Shown: positions 10,271-19,126 of the stretch, in pieces
How positions within the stretch are numbered: position 1 is the first letter of the stretch
Layout of the letters: the number at the start of each line of letters is the position of its first letter
Assembly: GCA_017454915.1 (NCBI GenBank)
Contig: JAFTCC010000064.1
Span: 91,322-155,321, forward strand
DNA: 64,000 nt
From: Paludibacteraceae bacterium
GTDB lineage: Bacteria; Bacteroidota; Bacteroidia; Bacteroidales; Paludibacteraceae
Direction: 5' to 3'
Made by a program: the position numbers and the translations under genes
Notes under the pieces: model-generated
Databases searched by the model: none
What the model saw: the letters and a program-made list of their open reading frames with translations, nothing else
What the model was told of the DNA's origin: nothing

Positions 10271-10296
10271 CATTGACCTGCGAAAAAGGGTCGTTT
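10271..10296. repeat. inverted repeat, right copy (candidate recombination site)
   Basis: CATTGACCTGCGAAAAAGGGTCGTTT is the exact reverse complement of 9364-9389. Confidence 0.9.
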
Positions 10297-10328
10297 TTTT
10301 TATACTGCTCGTAATAACTTCTAATATA

Positions 10329-11015
10329 ATGGGTAAAACACTGATAGTCATACCCGCCCGTGGAGGCAGCAAGGGCATTCCGCACAAAAACCGACGGTCT
10401 CTTGCCGGGCGTCCGCTGATTGCGTATTCCATTCAAACCGCATTAGACATCGCAACCCCGGACGACATCTGCATATCAACCGACGACCCGGAAATCGCAC
10501 AAATTGCCGAGGACATGGGCGTCAAAGTGCCTTTTCTGCGTCCTGCTGAACTGGCAAGCGACACGGCAGGTTCTTACGAAGTGCTACTCCATGCCGTCAA
10601 CTTTTACGAGCAAATGGGACGGCACTATGACACGCTGTTGCTGCTTCAGCCCACATCACCCTTGCGGACCACGCAACACGTGCGCGAAGCTATTGAACTA
10701 TATAAACAAGGAATTGACATGGTGGTCAGCGTGCAGCCTGCAAAAACCAATCCTTTCTACAACTGCTTCAAGGAAAATGCCGAAGGATACATTGAGCCGC
10801 TGCTCGCCAACAATTTGACACGCCGGCAAGATGCGCCAACAGTGTACGAATATAACGGGGCTATCTATTTCATCAACATTGAAAGCCTGAAAAAAATGCC
10901 GCTCGGGAAAATGAAACATATCGTAAAATATGTAATGGATGACATCTCATCCGTTGACCTTGACACCCAGCTCGACTGGCAAATAGCCGAATTCTTGCTC
11001 AAAAATAACCAATAA
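10329..11015 (+). CDS. neuA: CMP-N-acylneuraminate (nonulosonate) cytidylyltransferase
   Basis: IPARGGSKGIPHKN, LLLQPTSPLR and YEYNGAIY are classic NeuA/LegF motifs. Confidence 0.85.
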   Translation: MGKTLIVIPARGGSKGIPHKNRRSLAGRPLIAYSIQTALDIATPDDICISTDDPEIAQIAEDMGVKVPFLRPAELASDTAGSYEVLLHAVNFYEQMGRHYDTLLLLQPTSPLRTTQHVREAIELYKQGIDMVVSVQPAKTNPFYNCFKENAEGYIEPLLANNLTRRQDAPTVYEYNGAIYFINIESLKKMPLGKMKHIVKYVMDDISSVDLDTQLDWQIAEFLLKNNQ

Positions 11016-11025
11016 ATAACACACT

Positions 11026-12075
11026 ATGTTTTTCGCATACGAAAACCATACTATAAATTTTGACGCCACCATCCACAATGCCCTGAACGTTCTCAACAAA
11101 TTGTGCGACAGGAAGATGCTGCTCTTTGTGCTTGACAACGAACAGAGGTTATGGGGAACGTTGACTGACGGCGACATACGCAGGGCATTTCTTAAAGGTT
11201 TTGTCCTGTCTGACACTGTGAAGGACATCGCTTTCCGTGAGTTCAAATTTTTGAGCAAAAACGGCACTCACGTTCAGGCAATTTCCGCATTCCGCAAAAT
11301 GGGACTCTCGCTGTTGCCCGTGTTAGACGATGACGGACGTATCGTGGCGGTGCACGACATTTCAGACGGCAAATCCATACTGCCCCTTGATGCCGTCATC
11401 ATGGCCGGGGGCAAAGGAGAGCGCCTGAGACCACTAACAAACAACACGCCAAAACCACTGCTGCCGATAGCAGGGAAACCTATCATCGACTATAATATTG
11501 AAGCGCTGATGCGAAACGGCATCACTAACATCAATGTTACTGTCAACTACCTCAAGGAACAACTTGCCGAGCATTTTTCCAGGCCATTCAACGGCATCCA
11601 AGTTAAGTGTGTCGAAGAACCAAGATTTCTGGGCACCGCAGGGGCGATGCGCTTTGTCAAGGACTTTGAGAACGACGTCATACTGCTGATGAACTCTGAC
11701 ATTTTCACTAACATCTGCTACGAGGATTTTTACCTATACTTTGCGGAAACGCAAGCTGACATGGCTGTCGCCACACTGCCCTACTCTATCTCCGTGCCAT
11801 ACGGCATTGTGGATTTGGATGGCGAAAAAGTACAGGGATTGAGCGAAAAACCGACGTTCACCTACTATGCCAACGCCGGCATTTACCTGCTCAAGCGGCA
11901 AATGGTGGACCTGATACCAACCAACGAGGTTTTCAACGCCACTGACCTGATGAACAGTATAATAGACAAAGGTCTCAAAGTTGTGCACTATCCCATAGGC
12001 GGCTATTGGATTGACATCGGCAACAAGGACGAATATAAAAAGGCGCAAGAGATGGCAAAATTCATCGCACAATAG
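11026..12075 (+). CDS. CBS-domain sugar-phosphate nucleotidyltransferase (PtmE-like)
   Basis: An N-terminal CBS pair, then AVIMAGGKGERLRPLTNNTPKPLLPI (NTP-transferase G-rich loop). Confidence 0.75.
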   Translation: MFFAYENHTINFDATIHNALNVLNKLCDRKMLLFVLDNEQRLWGTLTDGDIRRAFLKGFVLSDTVKDIAFREFKFLSKNGTHVQAISAFRKMGLSLLPVLDDDGRIVAVHDISDGKSILPLDAVIMAGGKGERLRPLTNNTPKPLLPIAGKPIIDYNIEALMRNGITNINVTVNYLKEQLAEHFSRPFNGIQVKCVEEPRFLGTAGAMRFVKDFENDVILLMNSDIFTNICYEDFYLYFAETQADMAVATLPYSISVPYGIVDLDGEKVQGLSEKPTFTYYANAGIYLLKRQMVDLIPTNEVFNATDLMNSIIDKGLKVVHYPIGGYWIDIGNKDEYKKAQEMAKFIAQ

Positions 12076-12104
12076 CACATAAGCTTCGGCTCAAATACAG
12101 CATA

Positions 12105-13190
12105 ATGGTTTATTTTCTTGTCAACAACGACTTTCATGTTCACGATGTCAAAAATTTGGCAGCGCAACTGGGATATGGCAATTGCTCGCTGATAAGCGTA
12201 CCCTACCGCATGGATGTACCCCGTGAACTGCCATTTGCTCACCAATATGTTTTTGAGCGCTGCGAATTCCTGCTCAAACAAGTGCCTTCTAACCTGCGCA
12301 AACTATTAAGCATTCACAGGGATAATTTCCGCAAAAGGAAGCAGTTGGATGCACTCCGCCCGACCAGAAACGACACCTTGTTCGTTTTTACCGAATGTGA
12401 GTTGATGAACATGTTCTGCATCAGGAAGTTTCACAAGGTAGGTGCCAAGATATTCCTCGTCGAAGACGGCATGGCATCGTACATATATTTTAACCGAGAC
12501 TCTGACCGCATTCCATTAAGGTGGAAACTCGTTACACCCGTTTACAAACTCCTTTACGGCCTCAAGGGTTTTTATCCTTACTACGCCAGCTCTATGCCCT
12601 ACCACATGCTTTCAGAAAAGTACTACAGGGGAGCATGTTTCTTCACACCCATCAGCATCAGGCGCAAACTGCCTGTTATTTGGCTTGACAATGGCGAGAA
12701 GCCTCTCCGTGGACTTGACCAGGAAAACGCTATGGTGCTGACACAGCCGCTCGGGACAGAGTCGCTCAAAATAGACAAAACCATACTCGATAACGTCCAC
12801 GCCAACTTCAAGCGCATTTACCTGAAGTGCCACCCGGATGAATTTCGCGACCAGAAAACCTACAATGCGCTCAAGCAGCTATGCGCACAGTACGACAACG
12901 TCGAGTTTGTGGAAAGCGGTGCTATCATGGAAGACCTGATAGAGCTATACCGCGTAGGATATGCAATTTCGCCATTCTCTTCCACACTGCCGCGATTGCA
13001 GAGCAGAGGCGTAATTCCTGTTTATGTCTATCACCTGCTCAACGACATTAAAGCCGTGAGCATAGATAACTACTTGAAACTAATAAACTATAATTTCGCC
13101 ACTAAGTGGGAGGACATCAAACCCGGGTACAGCAGCTTTGCCAATAAGGTTGATGGCCTCAAAACCTCAATAAAAGATTTAATCAGTTGA
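12105..13190 (+). CDS. sialyltransferase-like glycosyltransferase, paralog B
   Basis: 361 aa. Motifs LVEDG, CHP and FSST in the same order as paralog A. The stretch QLDALRPTRNDTLFVFTECELMNMFCI is identical to A. Confidence 0.5.
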   Translation: MVYFLVNNDFHVHDVKNLAAQLGYGNCSLISVPYRMDVPRELPFAHQYVFERCEFLLKQVPSNLRKLLSIHRDNFRKRKQLDALRPTRNDTLFVFTECELMNMFCIRKFHKVGAKIFLVEDGMASYIYFNRDSDRIPLRWKLVTPVYKLLYGLKGFYPYYASSMPYHMLSEKYYRGACFFTPISIRRKLPVIWLDNGEKPLRGLDQENAMVLTQPLGTESLKIDKTILDNVHANFKRIYLKCHPDEFRDQKTYNALKQLCAQYDNVEFVESGAIMEDLIELYRVGYAISPFSSTLPRLQSRGVIPVYVYHLLNDIKAVSIDNYLKLINYNFATKWEDIKPGYSSFANKVDGLKTSIKDLIS

Positions 13191-14398
13191 TTATGTTCAA
13201 TTTGACTTCATTCATAAAGACCAATGTCACAGAGCGTTGCAATAGCATGTTTCGCCCCGACATTGAGCTGCACGACACAGAGTTACGCAACGCGATAAGG
13301 GGGAAAAGGGCTTGCGTGATAGGTGGAGCGGGCAGCATAGGCTCAGCTTTCATAAGCGAACTGCTCGCCTATGAGCCAAGCCAACTGGTAGTGGTTGACT
13401 TGAGCGAAAACGGTTTGGCTGAACTCACGCGCGACCTGCGCTCGTCCGGCAAGTTTGTGCCACAAGACTACCGCACTTACACACTTGATTTCGCGCACCC
13501 CGTCTTCAAACGCATATTCGAGGAAAACAAAGGTTTCGACATCGTTGCCAACTTCTCCGCGCACAAGCATGTGCGTTCAGAACGCGATAAATACTCGGTA
13601 GAACTGCTGCTGGAAAACAACGTCATCAAGGCCAAGACGCTACTTGACCTGCTCACCGAGTTTCCGCCCGAGCACTTTTTCTGCGTCAGCACCGACAAGG
13701 CCGCCAACCCCGTTAACATCATGGGAGCAAGCAAACGCATACTCGAAGACCTCATCATGGCATACTCCAACATATACCCTGTTACCACCGCACGGTTTGC
13801 CAATGTGGCGTTCTCCAACGGCTCTCTGCCCGACGGCTGGACACACAGGCTGCTGAAACGCCAGCCGCTTGCGGCACCGTCGGATGTGAAACGCTATTTC
13901 GTGTCACCGCAAGAAAGCGGTCAAATTTGCCTGCTCGCCTGCGTGCTCGGAAAAAGCGGAGAAGTTTTCTTCCCTAAACTTGAGGAAAACCAGATGAAAA
14001 CGTTCTCCGAAATTTGCGACGACTTTGTCCGCGCGCACGGGTTCACGCCTAAGCGCTTCAAGTCAGACGAAGAAGCTCGGGACTTTGCTGCAACGATGAA
14101 AGACGATTGCAGGGAATATCCGGTTGTTTATTCAACCAGTAACACCACCGGCGAGAAAGCCTACGAGGAGTTTTACGTCAGCGGCGAAACAGTCAACAAT
14201 GAACGGTTCGCAAGCCTCGGTGTGGTCGAAAAATCAGCAAGGAAAGACAGGGCTGCTGTTGACAGTTTCCTTTGTGAACTCAAAAGCACATTTGACAAGC
14301 CCGACTTCACAAAACAACAAATCGTAGATGCCATCAAGGCTTTCCTGCCCAACTTTGAACACGAAGAAAAAGGCACCAACCTTGACCAAAAAATGTAA
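13187..14398 (+). CDS. CapD/PseB/LegB-like NAD-dependent nucleotide-sugar 4,6-dehydratase (soluble form)
   Basis: VIGGAGSIGSAF Rossmann motif and STDKAANPVNIMGASKR (Polysacc_synt_2 catalytic region). 4-nt overlap with the upstream gene. Confidence 0.7.
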   Translation: MIMFNLTSFIKTNVTERCNSMFRPDIELHDTELRNAIRGKRACVIGGAGSIGSAFISELLAYEPSQLVVVDLSENGLAELTRDLRSSGKFVPQDYRTYTLDFAHPVFKRIFEENKGFDIVANFSAHKHVRSERDKYSVELLLENNVIKAKTLLDLLTEFPPEHFFCVSTDKAANPVNIMGASKRILEDLIMAYSNIYPVTTARFANVAFSNGSLPDGWTHRLLKRQPLAAPSDVKRYFVSPQESGQICLLACVLGKSGEVFFPKLEENQMKTFSEICDDFVRAHGFTPKRFKSDEEARDFAATMKDDCREYPVVYSTSNTTGEKAYEEFYVSGETVNNERFASLGVVEKSARKDRAAVDSFLCELKSTFDKPDFTKQQIVDAIKAFLPNFEHEEKGTNLDQKM

Positions 14399-14417
14399 CG
14401 TAATAAAGCAATATAGT

Positions 14418-15008
14418 ATGTCAAACGGCAATGACATAATACTTCTTGGCGGTGGAGGACACTGCAAATCGGTGATTGACGCGGCAGAAAGCGTCGGCTA
14501 CAACATCTTGGGCATACTCGACAAACCCGAGTTGGTCGGCACGCGCATTCTGAACTACGAAATAATAGGCACCGACGACGATATTCCACACTATGCGGAT
14601 AAGGCTCAATTTGTGATTACCGTCGGGCAAATCAAGTCACCGGCCATACGTCAAAAACTTGCACAACTCGTTGAGCGCGCCGGTGGGCGTTTTGCAACAG
14701 TCATTGCCAGCGACGCATACGTGAGCAAATACGCACACATTGGCGAAGGCACCGTAGTGTTACACAAAGCCATGGTCAACGCTGACGCGCATATCGGCAG
14801 ACACTGCATCATCAACACCATGGCTAACATCGAGCACGACGTTAAAATAGGTGATTTCTGCCACATCTCCACAGGGGCGATGGTCAACGGAGGTTGTATC
14901 ATAGAAGACGAAACATTTGTAGGGAGCGGAGCCGTGCTGCACCAATGTGCGCAGATTAGCAAAAGCACAATCGTGCCTGCGGGCACTATAGTTAGAAAAA
15001 ACGCATGA
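14418..15008 (+). CDS. neuD: NeuD/PglD-family sugar N/O-acetyltransferase (left-handed beta-helix)
   Basis: ILLGGGGHCKSVID N-terminus and C-terminal hexapeptide repeats. The ATG at 14418 is preferred because the ORF-track start at 14328 overlaps the previous gene. Confidence 0.75.
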   Translation: MSNGNDIILLGGGGHCKSVIDAAESVGYNILGILDKPELVGTRILNYEIIGTDDDIPHYADKAQFVITVGQIKSPAIRQKLAQLVERAGGRFATVIASDAYVSKYAHIGEGTVVLHKAMVNADAHIGRHCIINTMANIEHDVKIGDFCHISTGAMVNGGCIIEDETFVGSGAVLHQCAQISKSTIVPAGTIVRKNA

Positions 15009-16006
15009 AACACTCGATAGTCATAGCAGAGGCTGGAGTCAACCACAATGGCTCTATCGATATGGCAAAACGGCTCATTGAAGCGGCGGCTGAAGCTAAA
15101 GTCGATTATGTCAAATTCCAGACTTTTAAGGCAGAAAAACTTGTGACAAAAGATGCCGTGCAAGCCGAATATCAACACAAAAATTCGGAGGCGGAAACGC
15201 AATACGCAATGCTGAAAAAATTGCAGCTGTCAGAAGAACAGCACAAAGAACTCATTATGCATTGCAAACGATGCGGGGTGAAGTTCCTATCCACAGCATT
15301 TGACTTTGACAGCATCACTTTTTTGCACGATCTGAAACTCAGACTCTGGAAGATTCCTTCTGGTGAAATTACCAATTATCCCTATCTTAAGCGTATCGCA
15401 CAATATGGCGAACCTGTCATCCTGTCAACAGGCATGAGCACTATTGACGACATAACAGCAGCAATTAAAGCGCTGTGCATCAACGGATTAAAAAAGGAGC
15501 AAATAACACTGCTTCATTGCACGACCCAGTACCCCACCCCCATGCAGGACGTGAACCTGCGCGCCATGCTGACATTGCGCGATGAGTTTGGCGTAAGCGT
15601 TGGTTACTCAGACCATACCCGCGGCATTGAAGTGCCTATAGCTGCTGTTGCGCTCGGGGCAGAGGTTATCGAGAAACATTTCACACTTGACCGTTCGCTT
15701 CCCGGTCCCGACCACAAGGCCTCATTGGAACCCGATGAGTTAAAGGCTATGGTTGATGCAATACGAAACATCGAACAGGCTATGGGGGATGGCGTTAAAC
15801 GCGTGTCAGAATCGGAAAAAGAAAACATCGCTGTCGCACGGAAAAGTATTGTAGCCGCAAAAAAAATACAAAAGGGAGAAGTGCTCACCGAAGATAACAT
15901 AACCGTCAAGCGACCAGGAACCGGCATCTCGCCAATGCGCTGGGAAGAAATTATTGGAACAAAAGCCATACGGGATTTTGCAGTTGACGAACTGATAGAA
16001 CTATGA
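15005..16006 (+). CDS. neuB: N-acylneuraminate/legionaminate synthase (NeuB family)
   Basis: IAEAGVNHNGS, YSDHT, and a C-terminal SAF domain (VKRPGTGISP). Confidence 0.85.
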   Translation: MKHSIVIAEAGVNHNGSIDMAKRLIEAAAEAKVDYVKFQTFKAEKLVTKDAVQAEYQHKNSEAETQYAMLKKLQLSEEQHKELIMHCKRCGVKFLSTAFDFDSITFLHDLKLRLWKIPSGEITNYPYLKRIAQYGEPVILSTGMSTIDDITAAIKALCINGLKKEQITLLHCTTQYPTPMQDVNLRAMLTLRDEFGVSVGYSDHTRGIEVPIAAVALGAEVIEKHFTLDRSLPGPDHKASLEPDELKAMVDAIRNIEQAMGDGVKRVSESEKENIAVARKSIVAAKKIQKGEVLTEDNITVKRPGTGISPMRWEEIIGTKAIRDFAVDELIEL

Positions 16007-17166
16007 GGAAAATTTGCGTCATAACAGGCACACGTGCCGAATTCGGACTGCTTAGCGGACTGATGCGACTTATTCAAGCCTCAAATCAATGCCGTCTTCA
16101 AGTGATAGCAACCAACATGCACCTGTCGGAGCGCTACGGCAACACTTATAAGGAAATAGAAAACAGCGGATTTTCAATAGATTATAAGGTTCCCATCCTT
16201 GATGATAACACACCTGACGACTCCACTTCAACAATATCCGCCATGGCGCGCGCTTTGACTGGATTCGCAAATGCATACGATAGTTTGCAGCCTGATTTAC
16301 TTGTGGTCTTGGGCGACAGGTTCGAGATGCTGTCCGTGGCAGAAGCAGCACTCATTAAACAAATACCGATAGCGCATATTCATGGCGGAGAACTTACTTA
16401 TGGAGCATACGATGACGCTATCCGTCACTCAATCACAAAGATGAGCCATCTGCACTTCACCGCAACCGAGGAATACAGGAAACGTGTCATTCAGATGGGC
16501 GAGCAGCCCGACAAGGTTTTCTATGTGGGTGCGCTCGGAGTGGAAAACATAAAAAAAAAGGAACTGCTGTCAAAGGCAGAACTCGAGGCTTCAATTGATT
16601 TCACTGTTGACGAAAAGACCCTGCTTGTAACATACCACCCGGTAACATTGTCATGCTCTAATCCTCTGGAAGACATCAATGCGCTACTCTGCGCCCTGGA
16701 CGAGCATCCAGAACTGCGGGTCATTTTCACCATGCCCAACTCCGATACCGGCGGGCAACTCATTGCCGATGCAATATACAATTACGCCAAGCGTAACGCG
16801 CAACGGATAAGAGCCTTCAAGTCGCTGGGAATGCGCCGATACCTGTCTGTGATGAAATATGCAGGCGCCGTAGTAGGTAACTCGTCAAGCGGATTACTGG
16901 AAACGCCATCGTTCGGAATACCAACGCTTAACATAGGAAATAGGCAACAAGGGCGCATCGCTGCAGAGAGCGTACACAACTGCGGAACATCGGAAAAAGA
17001 AATCTCCGAAGGGTTAAAACATATTCTGTCTGCAGATTTCCGCAAAATGTGCAAAACTGTGCAAAACCCATACGAAAAAGCCGACACGGCGGAAAGCATT
17101 TTCAAGGTCATTTCAACAATTCCGTTAGACAATCTCATCCAAAAGCATTTTTATGATTTAGGATGA
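16003..17166 (+). CDS. neuC: hydrolysing UDP/GDP-N-acetylhexosamine 2-epimerase (NeuC/LegG family)
   Basis: KICVITGTRAEFGLL, VLGDRFE and HIHGGE are NeuC-type epimerase motifs. Confidence 0.85.
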   Translation: MRKICVITGTRAEFGLLSGLMRLIQASNQCRLQVIATNMHLSERYGNTYKEIENSGFSIDYKVPILDDNTPDDSTSTISAMARALTGFANAYDSLQPDLLVVLGDRFEMLSVAEAALIKQIPIAHIHGGELTYGAYDDAIRHSITKMSHLHFTATEEYRKRVIQMGEQPDKVFYVGALGVENIKKKELLSKAELEASIDFTVDEKTLLVTYHPVTLSCSNPLEDINALLCALDEHPELRVIFTMPNSDTGGQLIADAIYNYAKRNAQRIRAFKSLGMRRYLSVMKYAGAVVGNSSSGLLETPSFGIPTLNIGNRQQGRIAAESVHNCGTSEKEISEGLKHILSADFRKMCKTVQNPYEKADTAESIFKVISTIPLDNLIQKHFYDLG

Positions 17167-17216
17167 CCATAATAAGCGGACAAAACATCATCACAAATAG
17201 TCAGAAAAATTTGGCA

Positions 17217-17253
17217 GTATGGCAAAAGATTGGTATTTTTGCCATACTTTTTT
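17217..17253 (+). terminator. intrinsic terminator ending the right-hand glycan operon
   Basis: Perfect 11-bp stem GTATGGCAAAA/TTTTGCCATAC (17217-17227 and 17237-17247) followed by TTTTTT. Confidence 0.65.
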
Positions 17254-17256
17254 ACT

Positions 17257-18159
17257 ATGTCACGTGAGAGGCAAATATACAAGGTAACTATTGCCGGCGG
17301 ATTGGTCAACATCGTTCTGTTAGTGTTGAAATTCGCAGCTGGAATCATTGCCGGCAGTGCGGCTATGATTGCCGACGCCATACATTCGCTGTCTGATTTC
17401 CTCACTGACATCATAGTGCTTGTCTTCGTGAGCTTGAGCGGAAAACCAGCCGACGAGGACCATGCCTACGGGCACGGCAAATTTGAAACGCTTGCCACCA
17501 CTTTCATCGGCATATCGCTGCTAATCGTGGCTGGCGGCATAATACACGATGGAGTACACAAAATCATCATGTGGAGCCATGGCACAACCCTGACACAGCC
17601 CGGCGCCTTAGCATTTGTTGCCGCAATACTCTCTATTGCCACAAAAGAACTAACTTACCACTACACAATACATTACGGCAAAAAACTCAACTCTCCGTCG
17701 CTATGTGCCAACGCATGGCATCACCGCAGCGACGCTTTCTCGTCTATCAGCACGGCACTTGGAATTGGAGGTGCAATTGCGCTGGGCGACAAGTGGGCGG
17801 TACTTGACCCGATTGCGGCAATTGTAGCAGGGGGATTTGTGGCTGTAATGGCATTGCGGCTGCTGAAAAACGGTATCGATGAACTCTTGGAACGCTCCTT
17901 GCCCGACGAAATAAAAAATGAGATTACCGACATCATAGCCGAATTTCCAGACGTGAGCGAACCACACCACCTGCGCACAAGACGCATCGGCAGCAACTAT
18001 GCAATAGAAATACACATACGCATGGACGGACGTAAAACGCTTGAAGAGGCGCACAACAGAACTACAGAAATAGAAAAACGGCTCAAAAAGCGCTTCGGCA
18101 ATAACACCATAATAACCATACATACTGAACCTACACGACAACATAATTCACTGCAATGA
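17257..18159 (+). CDS. cation diffusion facilitator (CDF) family transporter
   Basis: HSLSDFLTD and AWHHRSDA are CDF metal-site motifs. Six TM segments plus a cytoplasmic domain. ATG 17257 is preferred to TTG 17230. Confidence 0.8.
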   Translation: MSRERQIYKVTIAGGLVNIVLLVLKFAAGIIAGSAAMIADAIHSLSDFLTDIIVLVFVSLSGKPADEDHAYGHGKFETLATTFIGISLLIVAGGIIHDGVHKIIMWSHGTTLTQPGALAFVAAILSIATKELTYHYTIHYGKKLNSPSLCANAWHHRSDAFSSISTALGIGGAIALGDKWAVLDPIAAIVAGGFVAVMALRLLKNGIDELLERSLPDEIKNEITDIIAEFPDVSEPHHLRTRRIGSNYAIEIHIRMDGRKTLEEAHNRTTEIEKRLKKRFGNNTIITIHTEPTRQHNSLQ

Positions 18160-19094
18160 ACATCGTTTTTCTCGACTCTGCCACGCTTGGCGATACCGAC
18201 CTGACGCCCATCAGACAACTTGGCAACCTAACCTGCCACCAACTCACCAAACAATCCGAGGTTGTTGAGCGACTGCAAGACGCTGACGTCTGCATCGTCA
18301 ACAAAATACGCATGACTGGTGAGATAATGCGCAGATTACCAAATCTAAAACTAATATGTGAGGCTGCCACAGGCACCGACAACATTGATCTGAAAACCGC
18401 AAAAGAGCTTGGCATAGAGGTGAAGAATGTTGCGGGGTACTCTACAGCGAGCGTGGTACAGACCACATTTGCACTCTATTTGGGTTTGGCAGAACGTGTT
18501 ACGGACATGAACCGCCACGTGCGCGGCCAATATGCGTCAAGCGGAATGTTCACGTACTATGGCGCTCCGTTCCGCGACCTCGAAGGAGCCACATGGGGAA
18601 TAGTCGGACTCGGGACAATCGGGAAGCGTGTGGCGGAAGTGGCGACAGCATTGGGCGCTAATGTGATTTACTACAGCACGTCAGGCAAAAACACCGACAA
18701 CAAGTACTACGAGTGCGTCAGCGACTTAACGACATTGCTCCAACGCTCCGACGTAGTGAGCATTCATTGTCCTCTCAACGAACGCACCAAAGGACTAATC
18801 GGGCAAAGCGAACTGGCAGCCATGAAACGCGATGCGGTGATAATCAACGTGGCACGCGGGGGCATCATTGACGAGGCGGCACTGGTTGAAGCCCTGCAAA
18901 ACGGCACCATTGCTGGCGCAGGACTTGACGTGTTCAGCACCGAACCGCTATCAGCCGACAGCCCGCTGCTCAACAACAGCCTCACACAGAAGCAATTGCT
19001 GCTCACTCCTCACATCGCATGGACATCTGTCCAAGCGCGTGAAAGGCTCGTAAAAGCCATAGCTGACAATATTTGCCTGTACAAAAAAAAATGA
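18156..19094 (+). CDS. D-isomer-specific 2-hydroxyacid dehydrogenase (glycerate dehydrogenase-like)
   Basis: GLGTIGKRVA NAD motif, VARGGIIDEAAL, HIAW. Confidence 0.8.
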   Translation: MNIVFLDSATLGDTDLTPIRQLGNLTCHQLTKQSEVVERLQDADVCIVNKIRMTGEIMRRLPNLKLICEAATGTDNIDLKTAKELGIEVKNVAGYSTASVVQTTFALYLGLAERVTDMNRHVRGQYASSGMFTYYGAPFRDLEGATWGIVGLGTIGKRVAEVATALGANVIYYSTSGKNTDNKYYECVSDLTTLLQRSDVVSIHCPLNERTKGLIGQSELAAMKRDAVIINVARGGIIDEAALVEALQNGTIAGAGLDVFSTEPLSADSPLLNNSLTQKQLLLTPHIAWTSVQARERLVKAIADNICLYKKK

Positions 19095-19096
19095 GT

Positions 19097-19104
19097 AAAT
19101 TTGC
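19097..19104 (+). promoter_or_regulatory. Bacteroidetes -7 promoter box (TAAATTTG)
   Basis: TAAATTTGC lies 23 nt upstream of the metG ATG. Confidence 0.5.
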
Positions 19105-19126
19105 AAAAAATATACATTGAATCAAG

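Larger units (their letters stand above)
9364..10296. other. putative invertible DNA segment (Hin-like switch) carrying its own invertase and a promoter
   Basis: Perfect 26-bp inverted repeats at both ends. A serine invertase gene and an outward TAACTTTG box lie inside. Divergent operons start 32 nt outside each repeat. Confidence 0.7.

Noticed and set aside
9364-10296. Reading the repeat-bounded recombinase as a small insertion sequence or transposon
   Set aside because: There is no flanking direct duplication. The enzyme has resolvase/invertase domain order (catalytic domain first, HTH last), unlike IS607-type serine transposases. The element sits symmetrically, 32 nt from two divergent paralogous operon starts, which fits a switch better than a random insertion. 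This reading is not formally excluded.
17234-17241. TATTTTTG as a -7 promoter box for the CDF transporter
   Set aside because: The sequence forms part of the loop and 3' arm of a perfect 11-bp terminator hairpin (17217-17247). The match is probably coincidental.
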